A stretch of DNA of 64,000 bases, from positions 1 through 64,000 of IMG/VR virus record IMGVR_UViG_3300033145_003080; one strand, 5' to 3'. The notes beneath the pieces are model-generated. The model did not search any database and was not told where the DNA came from. It was given only the letters and a program-made list of their open reading frames with translations. Below are positions 1 through 10,327 of this stretch, piece by piece. This DNA comes from a virus. Every line of letters begins with the position of its first letter. Position 1 is the stretch's first letter. A program made the position numbers and the translations under genes.

Positions 1-153
1 ATTCATAGGACGAGAGGTGTTGTGATAGGTTCGATAAGAAGTCTGAAAAAAAGCGCTATTGCTTTGAGAACTAAATGGGATAATAATTTTTGCGTGTCCT
101 ATAATAAAACCAAACTGCTGCAAAGGACTAATGGTTTGATCTATTCTTATTAG
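1..153 (+). CDS. iscB: 3' end of an IscB-family RNA-guided endonuclease (truncated by the window edge; not in the ORF track)
   Basis: Frame 1 reads IHRTRGVVIGSIRSLKKSAIALRTKWDNNFCVSYNKTKLLQRTNGLIYSY*. This aligns with the C-terminus of the IscB at 15551-16753 (SNRTKGVVIGSIRSLKKACITLRTSFDNNFQASYNKSVLLWRPKGLIYC). Confidence 0.8.
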   Translation: MHRTRGVVIGSIRSLKKSAIALRTKWDNNFCVSYNKTKLLQRTNGLIYSY

Positions 154-316
154 GGGAGAGAGCTTCTTGAAAATTTATAAGTTTTTATAAGTTTTCTAAA
201 CCAGGACAACTAAAAAGGGTGGATTTTTTTTCTGCCCTTTTTCTATAATTGGTTAATAATGATTTTTTAACTATATTATGAGTAACACCTTATATAGCTT
301 TAACAAGCAGATTTGT

Positions 317-524
317 ATGTCACAAAAGATTACAAAAAATTTTTCATTCTATGAATTCAGGCCAGGTGATATATGAAAAAAATCCTAATACGGGTGCTGA
401 GTGGGTGCATTTTGGTGCTGACCCTAGTTATTATTTTTCAAACAAAATTATTAACTTTATCAGAAGAAGTCCATTTCTGGTTAGTATGGATGGCGGAAAA
501 AGCTACCGAATAGCAAACCATTAA
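317..524 (+). pseudogene. Internally deleted peptidase M15A-like endolysin remnant
   Basis: N-terminal MSQKITKNFSFYEFR is joined out of frame to GQVIYEKNPNTGAEWVHFG...; both resemble the ends of M15A peptidases, and the central catalytic region is absent. Confidence 0.55.
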
Positions 525-534
525 AAGGGTAAAT

Positions 535-2013
535 ATGGTTTTCGCATTTGTTGAGGTCATAAAGACCAAAGAGAATTGGTTTTATATTGAATGGGACATG
601 ACCCCTTCTCAGGGCGAGTCTACTGATGACTGGAGGTTCCAGATACACTGGAGCTTTGACCCAGCTTCAGGTTATATCCCGATAACTGATGAGCAGGACA
701 ATCCTATTGAAATAGATGGTGCTGTTGGCCCGTTGTCGTATATCCATGAGCATAATCAATATAATTTTAATAAAGACCGGTATTATAAAGTCCTCGCAAT
801 AGATAAGTTCCCTGCACCTACTACTGAAGCAATTGCCGTGTTTGGTCAGACTGAAGAAGAAGATCCTCTATTAATTTCTACTTTTGGATATATAAATGCG
901 GGAGCTGCCAGTGACGGCTTTTTCTCAGACATGGTATGGATAGGCATGTATAAAGATGGTATACATGAAACCATTAAGCATGCTGAAGATTTGTTATACA
1001 CGATGTATCAAGGAGAGCCATGCCTTGTTATAAAACGAAAAAGTTTTGGCGCGCGTTGCCCGACTTGTTGGTCAGTGAACCGCAGACAGACTATGCGATC
1101 TCATTGTGATACCTGTCATGGAACTGGATTCGTGATCGGTTATTATCAACCTATTCCTATTCAGATATCATTTGATTCAGATCCTCGAAAAACTGATAGC
1201 CAAAAAGAATGGGAAAATACTTATGACACAAAGCGTGCAAGGTTATGCAATTATCCATTATTAAGAGCAAAAGACCTAATCGTCAATACTGATGATTATA
1301 AACGGTATGTTGTCACCCATGTTGAAACAACGAAATTGCCTAAATTAAGCGAGAGCTCGATTGTTCTTTCAAAGCAAAATTATACCCTCAGTCAATTGCC
1401 TACGCTGGAAGAGCTTAACCCGGACGACAACGAATATTTTATCGATGTAGACGGCATACCGGAGGTTCCGGGTAGTGAAGATGGTGGGTCAGGAAGTGGC
1501 ACTCCATATTTCAATGACCATATGCCTGTTTCTGTTGATGCGCCTATTATTATAACTGACGAACAACAACATCTTGCTCTTGATATAAACACAGATGATT
1601 TTGTGGTTGAAGATGGTAAGTTAAAATTAAAATACAGCTCTGGTGCAATTGGAATTGATACATTTATCTCTGCTGAAATAATAGCGACACCATTAAGGGT
1701 ATGTGCAATAAATGATGATGGTGAGGTAATTGTTGCTGACTATACAAATATAACCCATCTTAACAGAGTGGTAGGGATCAGTTTAAATGTCGCAAGTATA
1801 GGAACCGAAATAATGGTTCAAAAAATGGGTGTTCTGTCAAATCTGAGTTGGAATTGGGACATTGGAGAAAGTATTTTCTTTGATGGTGCTGGAAATTTAA
1901 CCCAAACACCACAAACACCAGGAATTGGTTTTTTTATGATAATAGCAAAACCTTTATTAACAACATCAATTGATATATTATTGAGAAGCCCTGTAATAAG
2001 AGCTGTACCATAA
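535..2013 (+). CDS. Putative head-tail joining/neck virion protein with Cys cluster and C-terminal extension
   Basis: RCPTCW...HCDTCHGTGF..GYY motif of the kind seen in large-myovirus structural modules; lies upstream of the tail genes. Confidence 0.5.
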   Translation: MVFAFVEVIKTKENWFYIEWDMTPSQGESTDDWRFQIHWSFDPASGYIPITDEQDNPIEIDGAVGPLSYIHEHNQYNFNKDRYYKVLAIDKFPAPTTEAIAVFGQTEEEDPLLISTFGYINAGAASDGFFSDMVWIGMYKDGIHETIKHAEDLLYTMYQGEPCLVIKRKSFGARCPTCWSVNRRQTMRSHCDTCHGTGFVIGYYQPIPIQISFDSDPRKTDSQKEWENTYDTKRARLCNYPLLRAKDLIVNTDDYKRYVVTHVETTKLPKLSESSIVLSKQNYTLSQLPTLEELNPDDNEYFIDVDGIPEVPGSEDGGSGSGTPYFNDHMPVSVDAPIIITDEQQHLALDINTDDFVVEDGKLKLKYSSGAIGIDTFISAEIIATPLRVCAINDDGEVIVADYTNITHLNRVVGISLNVASIGTEIMVQKMGVLSNLSWNWDIGESIFFDGAGNLTQTPQTPGIGFFMIIAKPLLTTSIDILLRSPVIRAVP

Positions 2014-2046
2014 AAAGAAATTTCATCTTAAGGGGTATTTAATATA

Positions 2047-2227
2047 ATGGCTGAAATTAATATTTTGTCTATCAGGCCGTTGGATTATCGTGAAGGTTTT
2101 GATGTGACTGTTGAGATGGTTGCAGACGATGGGCGTGTGGGAAATAAAACTTTTTTTTGTTCTTGAAGGTAGTTCATTTTATATTGAAGATTTAGAAATT
2201 CCAGAAGGGATAGGTTTTAGTATCTAA
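2047..2227 (+). pseudogene. Small gene frameshifted at a T8 tract (2151-2158)
   Basis: MAEINILSIRP...GNKTFF stops early. Removing one T extends it (VLEGSSFYIEDLEIPEGIGFSI*) to a TAA that overlaps the ATG at 2227. Confidence 0.5.
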
Positions 2228-3747
2228 TGCAATTAATTTGTAAAGTAGGCACACGGTATCCAGACCCGAATGACCCACGACATTTTACATCATGGCGTGA
2301 CGGTCAGATTATTGCGCATACTTATAATGGGCATGTTGCTCTGGGCACTTTACAGAGTAAGCACCATTGTATTATCCAAATTCCTAATGCCGACTATTGG
2401 AAATTAAGAGGTTCTACAGATTGGAAATCTACTAAACCAGCAGTAATGAATTTTAAAAAATATATATGCGGTGCCAATTTATCCGGAAAGTATAATTGGG
2501 AGTTGACCGATTCTGGTTTACATACGCCTAAACGTGAACGGGATTTCTTTGTTGATTATAAATGGTTAGTACAAGAGGGGTATATAACACAAGCACAATA
2601 TGAGGATATTTACAATCAAGATAAAGTTGCAGATATTCAGTTACCAATACTTGACTGGACAGATATTTTAAAGCATGAGGATATAGACACACATCTTGAC
2701 GATATTGGATTGCTTACAAAAGGTTCTGTGTCTGCGGGGACTTTCCAAATAGGTACAGGCGGCGGTGCTGATTATGCAACATGGGATTTGTTTTTTGCTG
2801 ATTGGGCTGCTCAAATGACCAATGATTTAAAAGGCGAAGGACAAGACGAAGAAACTGCGACTGCCCAATCAGCAGACATTTACATTGACACAAATGGATA
2901 CAAACTTACAATTACCACAGAGGTAGGTGCGGAAAATGGCGGAACATATAGTGGATGCAGGGTTAATTTTGGAACTTCTAACAAGTGGGAATTTGATGAA
3001 TCGAGCAACGGCACTTTTGATGATTTTGAAATATCGAAAATAGCAATGGATTGTACCGGTGGTAATAATTATGGTATAAGGTTATTTGATGGGGGGGATA
3101 ACGGTTCCTGGTTAGCAAATAGAATGTATATCAAGGGTGGCTCTACGGATTTGGCGGGTTTGTATGTTTATTATCAGACAACTAATGTGACTGTTCGTAA
3201 CAATATTTTACACGGTTTTGGTGATGGGGATGGTTCTGTAAACGCCGGTTTGTTTTTAAATCTTAGCAATGCTGAAAGTACAAGTAATTATTACTTTTAT
3301 AATAATACATGTTGTAAAAATTATAATAATTTTCGACAATATTCATCGGATTTATCTAACTCTCCCACAATAATTACTAAAAATAATTTATGTCAGGGAA
3401 ATTTAGGTGGTAGTGATTATCTTGATGCTGGTGCAGGGTTTGGTACCACGGCAAAAAATTATGGTGAATCAGACAGTCCGGATGCATTGACAGAAAACTT
3501 CCATGATGGCACATCCAATTTTACTAATTATGATGGAAACGATTATACAATGGCCTCCGGCGGAGACGCAATAACCACTCTGAAAGCCGGTGAAGATTTA
3601 ACCGGGATTTTTACAGATTCTATTGCTGGCAGGACACGACAGGCAGCCACATTTTTTATTGGGGCTGATTGGATTGAAACGGAAGTTGGCGGTCTATCAA
3701 TACCAGTAGCAATGCACCATTACACAAAAAACATAGGAAGTAGATAA
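2227..3747 (+). CDS. Virion-associated protein with C-terminal beta-helix (pectin-lyase-like) region
   Basis: Asn/Gly-rich repeats (VTVRNNIL, YFYNNT, ITKNNL); coupled by TAATG overlaps on both sides. Confidence 0.5.
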   Translation: MQLICKVGTRYPDPNDPRHFTSWRDGQIIAHTYNGHVALGTLQSKHHCIIQIPNADYWKLRGSTDWKSTKPAVMNFKKYICGANLSGKYNWELTDSGLHTPKRERDFFVDYKWLVQEGYITQAQYEDIYNQDKVADIQLPILDWTDILKHEDIDTHLDDIGLLTKGSVSAGTFQIGTGGGADYATWDLFFADWAAQMTNDLKGEGQDEETATAQSADIYIDTNGYKLTITTEVGAENGGTYSGCRVNFGTSNKWEFDESSNGTFDDFEISKIAMDCTGGNNYGIRLFDGGDNGSWLANRMYIKGGSTDLAGLYVYYQTTNVTVRNNILHGFGDGDGSVNAGLFLNLSNAESTSNYYFYNNTCCKNYNNFRQYSSDLSNSPTIITKNNLCQGNLGGSDYLDAGAGFGTTAKNYGESDSPDALTENFHDGTSNFTNYDGNDYTMASGGDAITTLKAGEDLTGIFTDSIAGRTRQAATFFIGADWIETEVGGLSIPVAMHHYTKNIGSR

Positions 3748-6700
3748 TGGATTTAAGAGCAAATACAGCGGTTGACGTTTTGATAGGTCCTTTTGTAGAT
3801 AAAACAGATGGTAATACTACTGAAGATGGTTTGACTTTGCCACAAGCTGAAATAAAATTATCTAAGAATGGTCAGGCATTAACCCAGAAAAATGATAATA
3901 CAACAGCAGCGTTTGACGATGACGGCTATTACAATTGTGAACTTGATAGTACTGATACTGATACAGAAGGCAATTTGGTATTGATTGTTCACCAATCTGC
4001 GAATGCATTGCCGGTGAGACATGAATATAATGTACTTTCCGAGGCTGCATGGGATAGTCTGTATATTGCTAAAGACGACGGCTTTATGGATATTAATATC
4101 AAAACTGTAGGACGTGCTGATACTCAGGAAACCGAAGCAAACAATCTTAAAGCTGCATGTAGTAATTACTCTGTTACAAGGGGGTTGACAGGTACAGCAG
4201 TACCCGCCGCCGTCTCTGATGCAGCTGGAGGTTTGGTAATTAGTGATGCCGGTGGACTTGATTTAGATGTTGCGCTCAAAAGGGGTATGTTCTGTGGCGG
4301 AGAAGTTTATGTTGATGCTGGTGGGACAAATAGCACAACGTGGCCGTATGGTACACCTACTTATCCTACAGATACCATTGCAAATGGGAAGACTATAGCT
4401 GATGCAAATAGTTTAGATAAGTTTGTTATTCACGGTGATCTTACTATGTCAGCAGCTATGGAGAACTATACCTTTTTCGGTCATGGTCATATGGAAGTTG
4501 CCCATCGAATTAATATTGATAGCCAAAGTGTTGAACATTCAGTTTTTAATGAATTGGTTATTCAAGGGACTATGACTAATGTAACTGGCATTCTCAATAT
4601 AACACGCTTTACCGAATGTCAATTGTGGGCGTTGTCTGATATTCATGGCCTTGCTATTGGCGGCGCACTTCTTGGTGCGTGTTCGATTCTGGATGGTGGT
4701 ATAGCAATATTTAACGATGTAGGTTGTGGTGCCTTGGCAGCATGTACCCTTACACTTCAAGCGCCTGCTATTTGTATTATTGCAAACATGAAAGGCGTTT
4801 TGACGCTTGCCGGAATGGATGGTGGTACATGTAATATTTCAATGCAAAATGGTTCCATACTTACAATAGACAATACCAACAGTGCCGGGACTATTAATAT
4901 TACAGGAACAGGTTCAATCACAGATAATAGTCAAGGTGGATGCACAGTTAATATAACAAAACCTGAAGTTGATACCGTGGAAGTTGGTGGAACATCACAG
5001 ACAGCAAATGATAATGGTGCAGATATAAATACTTTAATTACAAATGTGGGTACTCCTGCAAATATAGATTCCGGTGGTGCTACTCTTTCGGATAATCTTA
5101 AAAAGATTGCAGATGATAATAGTGGGGCAACATTTGATGCTACAAATGACAGTCTTAACAAAGTAAGAATACATATAGGTGATGGAACAAATCTTACAGA
5201 AGCAGGAGGAACAGGAGATCACCTATCTGCTCTTCCTAACCAAACTATGAACATTACCGGTAGTTTATCTGGTTCAGTCGGTAGCGTAAGTGGTGATGTT
5301 GGTGGAGATGTAAAAGGGAAGGTTGATGGTACTGTAACTGGGAAAACTCCTGCTGAAGCCGGTGATGTTATGAACCTTGCTGCTGATGCTATAAAATCGA
5401 CTTCTTACGATGAAAGTTCAGCTTTTCCAATTAAATCAAATGATGCCGGAGCTACTCAGATTGCAAGAGTTGGGGCAGATGGTGATACTTTAGAAACTTT
5501 AAGTGATCAAATCGATTTACAAGCTACCGCAACAGCGCTATCTACACATGATGGAAAATTAGATATTGTTGATGCAAATGTTGACGATCTGTATGAGTCT
5601 CATATTATTCTTAAAACAACAATCGAATCAGCAAACCGGAATCCAACTAATTTACAAATGGCGGCCGGTATTCCTGGTGATAATCAATATAACGGGCTAA
5701 CCGCTGTTTTTCAGGATGGAAATGATGATTGGTACGCAAGGCCAATAACAGATTATGCAGAAATAAATAATGTGATTACATGGTCATTGGCAACTGAACT
5801 AGATCCAAAGGATGGTGGAACAATCTATATAGTTGCTGCACCCGCCGCGGCCGCTGCAGGTGGCGGAGATGCAACGGAAGCAAAACAAAATACCATGATT
5901 GCTAAACTTCTCGCATACGTTCGGTTGATGACGCGTAGTGATGCTGCGGTAGAAACAGACGCTGCAGTTGAATTAACAGCCATAAACGCTGATGAAGGAG
6001 CGGGGGCGGGTGATTACTCATCACAAACACATTCTCAGGAAGCTATTATAGATACAGGAAACGCATCTTGGACAACCGGAGGGGCTGGTTCTCTATCTAC
6101 TATTATTAATGTTCAACCTCTAATTCCATATAATATAGACCTGGCGAATACGGCTGTTTATCGAATGGGTTTGATGTTGATTAATAGTCTCGATGATTTG
6201 CCGAGCACCGCTGAAATAACACCAGGAACCATTTCAATTGATAGAAAGGCTATTGGTGATACTACGTGGAGTTCTATTATATCTGATACAGCAATGTCAG
6301 AAATAGCCGGTTTGGTTTATTATGATGAAGTTTTTGATTCTGGTTCGAATTATGCAGAAGGCGATTCAATAAAAATCACAATGAAGAATGTTAAAATTAC
6401 AGTAGATGCTAATGATCATGAAATTATAGGATCGGCTGGAAGGGTCTTTTATACCTCGATAAAGCAAACGATGGTAGGCACCAATAATGCAAATACAACA
6501 GTTCCTGATCCCGCTGGTACTGCCGCCACTTTGCATACTACTACTGATGGGAAGGTTGACACGGTACAAGCTGATCTTGATATAATAACTGGATCTGACG
6601 GTGCAATCTTAGCCACCACACAGCCCAATTATGCACCCTCAAAAGCCGGTGATAATATGAACCTTGTAGATGATGCAATAACAGCCTCTAAATATGATGA

Positions 6701-7832
6701 AACTACTGCATTTCCTGTAAAGTCAAACGATTCAGGCTCAACTGAAATCGCCCGTACTGGCATCGATGGAGATACTTTGGAAACTTTAAGTGATCAAATC
6801 GATTTACAGGCAACTTCAGCAGGATTGTCAACCCATGATGGAAAGCTTGATACTGCACAGAACGATCTTGACATAATAACCGGCATAGATGGTGCAACAT
6901 TAGCAGCTTTACAGCCCAACTACGCGCCTTCAAAAGCTGGTGATAATATGAATCTTGCTGATGATGCGATTACAGCTTCTAAATACGATGAGACCACTGC
7001 GTATCCTATAGCATCTGTTGATAGTGGTGTTACTGAAATTGCAAGGACCGGGGCTGATAGCGACACTCTTGAAACTTTAAGTGATCAAATCGATTTGCAA
7101 GCTACTTCTGCCGCACTTTCTACACATGATACAAAGCTGGATATTGTTGATGCAAATGTTGATGATTTGTATGCTTCTCATATTATTCTTAAGACGACAA
7201 TTGAATCAGCTAACAGAAATCCAACTAATTTACAAATGGCCACTGGTATCCCTGATGATAATCAATATAACGGATTAACAGCAATTTTTCAGGATGGAAA
7301 TGATGAATGGTATGCAAGGCCGATAACAGACTATGCAGAAACGGACAATGTAATAACATGGTCATTGCCGACTGATGCAGACCCCAAAGATGGCGGGACA
7401 ATTTACATAATCGCTGCACCTGCAGCGGCTGCTGCTGGTGGTGGCGATGCGACAGAGGCTAAACAAGATGTTATGATTGCCAAGCTTCTTGCATATGTTA
7501 GGCTGATAGCACGTAGCGACGCTGCGGTAGAAACTGATGCAGCAGTTGAATTAACAGCTATAAACGCTGATGAGGGGTCAGGTGCCGGTGATTTTTCAAG
7601 CCAAGTTGATTCGCAAGAAGCTATTAGTGATGATGTTGGTGATATTATAATTGACATACTCGCCATGACCATCGATGGGACTGCTACGTTTGAAGTAGCA
7701 ATGAAACAGATATTGGCTTATTGCGGCAATGATATGACCAGGTCTGGAGATGCGTATACTTATAGGAATTATGATGACGATGCTGATACTATGGTAATAA
7801 CAGGATCTGATTCAGGAAGAGTACGTTCATAA
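3747..7832 (+). CDS. Large acidic, repeat-containing virion structural protein (fibre/decoration-like), 1361 aa
   Basis: Ala/Asp/Thr/Gly-rich. The GDxMNL..DAI...DTLETLSDQIDLQAT unit occurs 3 times and a long block (about 200+ aa) is duplicated. Confidence 0.6.
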   Translation: MDLRANTAVDVLIGPFVDKTDGNTTEDGLTLPQAEIKLSKNGQALTQKNDNTTAAFDDDGYYNCELDSTDTDTEGNLVLIVHQSANALPVRHEYNVLSEAAWDSLYIAKDDGFMDINIKTVGRADTQETEANNLKAACSNYSVTRGLTGTAVPAAVSDAAGGLVISDAGGLDLDVALKRGMFCGGEVYVDAGGTNSTTWPYGTPTYPTDTIANGKTIADANSLDKFVIHGDLTMSAAMENYTFFGHGHMEVAHRINIDSQSVEHSVFNELVIQGTMTNVTGILNITRFTECQLWALSDIHGLAIGGALLGACSILDGGIAIFNDVGCGALAACTLTLQAPAICIIANMKGVLTLAGMDGGTCNISMQNGSILTIDNTNSAGTINITGTGSITDNSQGGCTVNITKPEVDTVEVGGTSQTANDNGADINTLITNVGTPANIDSGGATLSDNLKKIADDNSGATFDATNDSLNKVRIHIGDGTNLTEAGGTGDHLSALPNQTMNITGSLSGSVGSVSGDVGGDVKGKVDGTVTGKTPAEAGDVMNLAADAIKSTSYDESSAFPIKSNDAGATQIARVGADGDTLETLSDQIDLQATATALSTHDGKLDIVDANVDDLYESHIILKTTIESANRNPTNLQMAAGIPGDNQYNGLTAVFQDGNDDWYARPITDYAEINNVITWSLATELDPKDGGTIYIVAAPAAAAAGGGDATEAKQNTMIAKLLAYVRLMTRSDAAVETDAAVELTAINADEGAGAGDYSSQTHSQEAIIDTGNASWTTGGAGSLSTIINVQPLIPYNIDLANTAVYRMGLMLINSLDDLPSTAEITPGTISIDRKAIGDTTWSSIISDTAMSEIAGLVYYDEVFDSGSNYAEGDSIKITMKNVKITVDANDHEIIGSAGRVFYTSIKQTMVGTNNANTTVPDPAGTAATLHTTTDGKVDTVQADLDIITGSDGAILATTQPNYAPSKAGDNMNLVDDAITASKYDETTAFPVKSNDSGSTEIARTGIDGDTLETLSDQIDLQATSAGLSTHDGKLDTAQNDLDIITGIDGATLAALQPNYAPSKAGDNMNLADDAITASKYDETTAYPIASVDSGVTEIARTGADSDTLETLSDQIDLQATSAALSTHDTKLDIVDANVDDLYASHIILKTTIESANRNPTNLQMATGIPDDNQYNGLTAIFQDGNDEWYARPITDYAETDNVITWSLPTDADPKDGGTIYIIAAPAAAAAGGGDATEAKQDVMIAKLLAYVRLIARSDAAVETDAAVELTAINADEGSGAGDFSSQVDSQEAISDDVGDIIIDILAMTIDGTATFEVAMKQILAYCGNDMTRSGDAYTYRNYDDDADTMVITGSDSGRVRS

Positions 7833-7845
7833 TTGGGAATAATAA

Positions 7846-8064
7846 ATGTCGCTTTTAGGTCCAAGATCAATAGTAGTTGGTGGATGGTTTGGTGCTGATG
7901 GTGTATCGGCACCTGACATTAATGTCATAGTAGATGGTTGGTTTTCTCCATTAATTTCTGATATAAAAGCTATATTTATTAATGACGATGGAAATTATGA
8001 AGAAGTTGGCGTTCCATTATTAGGGCTAGGTGGAGATGGCCGTTTCATAGAAGTGGATCCTTAA
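7846..8064 (+). CDS. Small acidic hypothetical virion-module protein
   Basis: 72-aa ORF co-oriented with the module; contains a duplicated V.V.GWF motif. Confidence 0.5.
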   Translation: MSLLGPRSIVVGGWFGADGVSAPDINVIVDGWFSPLISDIKAIFINDDGNYEEVGVPLLGLGGDGRFIEVDP

Positions 8065-8135
8065 AATATTATATTTATAAAATAATAATCATAAAAAAGT
8101 TAAAAGCATAATTAATCTTCCCCGTTCAGGGAAAA

Positions 8136-8546
8136 ATGGAAGACATTATGAATGAGTCTATGGACAGGGAACTGGGTGAAATTCAACAAAAGTTAGAAAA
8201 TACTTCTGGTAACCTTAAAAACGTAAGGGATGACTTAACCAGGCTGTTTCAAAATATAGAACAAGGTGGAAAAGATACCCTCAGGGAAATGTCTAGGGTC
8301 GAAAATAAAATCAATATTCACGTAGAGACTGACAAAAAAGAAATTATCAAAAATGATATCATCGATTTGGAAAAAAAAGTTAGAGAAAATGAAAAAGCGA
8401 TAAATAAAGAAAATCGCGAAAGAGCTGTTTTTGAAAAGGAAATTAAAACCGGAGTACGGTTTACTAAATACATGGCGGGAATACTCGGTATACTCGCTAC
8501 TATATTAAGTACTATCGCAGCTGCATTTGCATATTTCAAAGGATGA
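8136..8546 (+). CDS. Coiled-coil protein with C-terminal transmembrane helix (holin-like)
   Basis: Charged coiled coil followed by hydrophobic YMAGILGILATILSTIAAAFAYF. Confidence 0.45.
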   Translation: MEDIMNESMDRELGEIQQKLENTSGNLKNVRDDLTRLFQNIEQGGKDTLREMSRVENKINIHVETDKKEIIKNDIIDLEKKVRENEKAINKENRERAVFEKEIKTGVRFTKYMAGILGILATILSTIAAAFAYFKG

Positions 8547-8550
8547 TAAC

Positions 8551-9297
8551 ATGAGAGTAGCAATTATAGAAGGCGATGATGAATTTAGATATTATCTAAA
8601 AGAAGCGTTGAGTAAAGAAAACAATAAGGAATGGCAAATTTTATTTTTTAATGACACTCCTGATTTTGGAAAAGTTGAAATCAAAATATTTAATACCATC
8701 ATCGTCTCGCATACACTAAGGACAATGGAAGGTGTAGAGCTCCTACAGTCAATCCATGATAAGACAGATGCCGATTTATACCTTATATGTGACTCTGTTG
8801 ATTGTATATCGAAAACGAATTTGTCGCATGATTATATAAAAGGTGTAATCAAAAAAGATCCACAAATGATAATCAATAAGCTTAAATATCTCGAAACGAA
8901 ATGCAGGCTTAACCGAATGATTGCGGTAGAAGATGAGAACATGAATAGGGTTGTAGTCAGTGCTAATGGTTATTCTTTTGAGATCAATAATAATATTGCA
9001 TTTATAGAAATAAAGAGGATTCTGTCTGAAGAAAGTAAAAACGGTTTAGTAAAAAAGATCGACGAATCTAATGTTGACAATGCTATCGTTTCATATCCAG
9101 ATAGAGATTATATCGAAACAATGCATTGTAGTCAGATTTTCGATATTTATAAAGCAATATTCAATCATGGTGGGAAAATGGTTTTTTGTAACACGAATAA
9201 TAAAAGCGTTGACGCACTTCACGAATGTAAGATAGATCTAATAATGCCTATTTTCGATGATCGAGAAAAGGCAATTGAATTTTTTTTGCATACTTAA
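8551..9297 (+). CDS. Pseudo-receiver (REC-like) plus STAS (anti-anti-sigma-like) fusion protein
   Basis: N-terminal MRVAIIEGDDEFR...IIVSHTL..MEGVELL follows the REC pattern. C-terminal ...HGGKMVFCN...IMPIFDDREKAI follows the STAS pattern. Likely start is ATG 8551. Confidence 0.6.
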   Translation: MRVAIIEGDDEFRYYLKEALSKENNKEWQILFFNDTPDFGKVEIKIFNTIIVSHTLRTMEGVELLQSIHDKTDADLYLICDSVDCISKTNLSHDYIKGVIKKDPQMIINKLKYLETKCRLNRMIAVEDENMNRVVVSANGYSFEINNNIAFIEIKRILSEESKNGLVKKIDESNVDNAIVSYPDRDYIETMHCSQIFDIYKAIFNHGGKMVFCNTNNKSVDALHECKIDLIMPIFDDREKAIEFFLHT

Positions 9298-9388
9298 TTT
9301 TAATGATTTTAAGAGCTTATCTTTGCCTTTCGCACCTTTTAGACTTATATTATGAATAGGACGGCTCTTTGAAATCATGTGGTAAACT

Positions 9389-10312
9389 ATGCCAGTACCT
9401 TTATTAAATTTTCCACTTTCTGCGGTTGTTGATGGTATATTAAGTTATACTAAATGGCTATTCGCAAACGAATTAATAACACCACCAGCATATCGTTATT
9501 CTGAAGAAGATAGGGCAAGCAAAATAAGAATAAGTGCACCATTTGTTATCGACAATGAAAAGCCTATGAGCTCTCCTTTTATAGTGGTTGAAAGAGGGAC
9601 ATTTGCTTTTCAAAATAGTATAATCGATAATTTGAAAGAAGCAACCCCTAATACCTTCGAGACAAAAAAAAGAGTTGACATAATGGATGGTTATGTCAAT
9701 GTAATTGTTGGCTCACGATCAGCAGGAGAGGCTTCAAGTATAGCAAATTTTTTAGCTATTAATTATCAGGCAGATCGGCACGGTATTGCTTCTAATTTAA
9801 AGTTTGTAAGGAATTTTAATTATGTTGATGTCGGCCCTGAAATACCGGTATTTAAAGATGCCGAAGTAAAAAGGTGGGAAGTAACTTTACGAATGGCGGT
9901 ATCTATGCAGTTTGGATGGTGTACCGTTCTACGTGAACCTGAATTGTGGACTAAAGTATCCATATACGCTATAAACTCTGATTGGGGCAGTACATCAAAC
10001 ACTGGGATAGTTGCAGAAGGTCTCGACACATTAACCGACGCAAATGCTAATTTTGGATTTCTTGAGGCAAATGATCCGAGACTTATTGAAAAAGAGCTGC
10101 AAGAAGGGTATTATTATATTAACTTCACGGGTAACCCACAACACTACCCAATTGCAGAAATTACGGATCCGAATACATTAAAACTTCTTACGCATGATGT
10201 GGATAATAACCCGGTTCCATACTCAGCGCCTGAAAGCGCTGTTGATTTAGAATATGAATTGTATTGGAATTGTGTACATATACGCGGGGATATTCCGAAC
10301 AATAATACTTAA
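9389..10312 (+). CDS. Putative tail completion/terminator protein
   Basis: Immediately upstream of the sheath; P.IVVERG motif; position typical of myovirus gene order. Confidence 0.45.
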   Translation: MPVPLLNFPLSAVVDGILSYTKWLFANELITPPAYRYSEEDRASKIRISAPFVIDNEKPMSSPFIVVERGTFAFQNSIIDNLKEATPNTFETKKRVDIMDGYVNVIVGSRSAGEASSIANFLAINYQADRHGIASNLKFVRNFNYVDVGPEIPVFKDAEVKRWEVTLRMAVSMQFGWCTVLREPELWTKVSIYAINSDWGSTSNTGIVAEGLDTLTDANANFGFLEANDPRLIEKELQEGYYYINFTGNPQHYPIAEITDPNTLKLLTHDVDNNPVPYSAPESAVDLEYELYWNCVHIRGDIPNNNT

Positions 10313-10327
10313 GCAAGGAGAGTTAAA

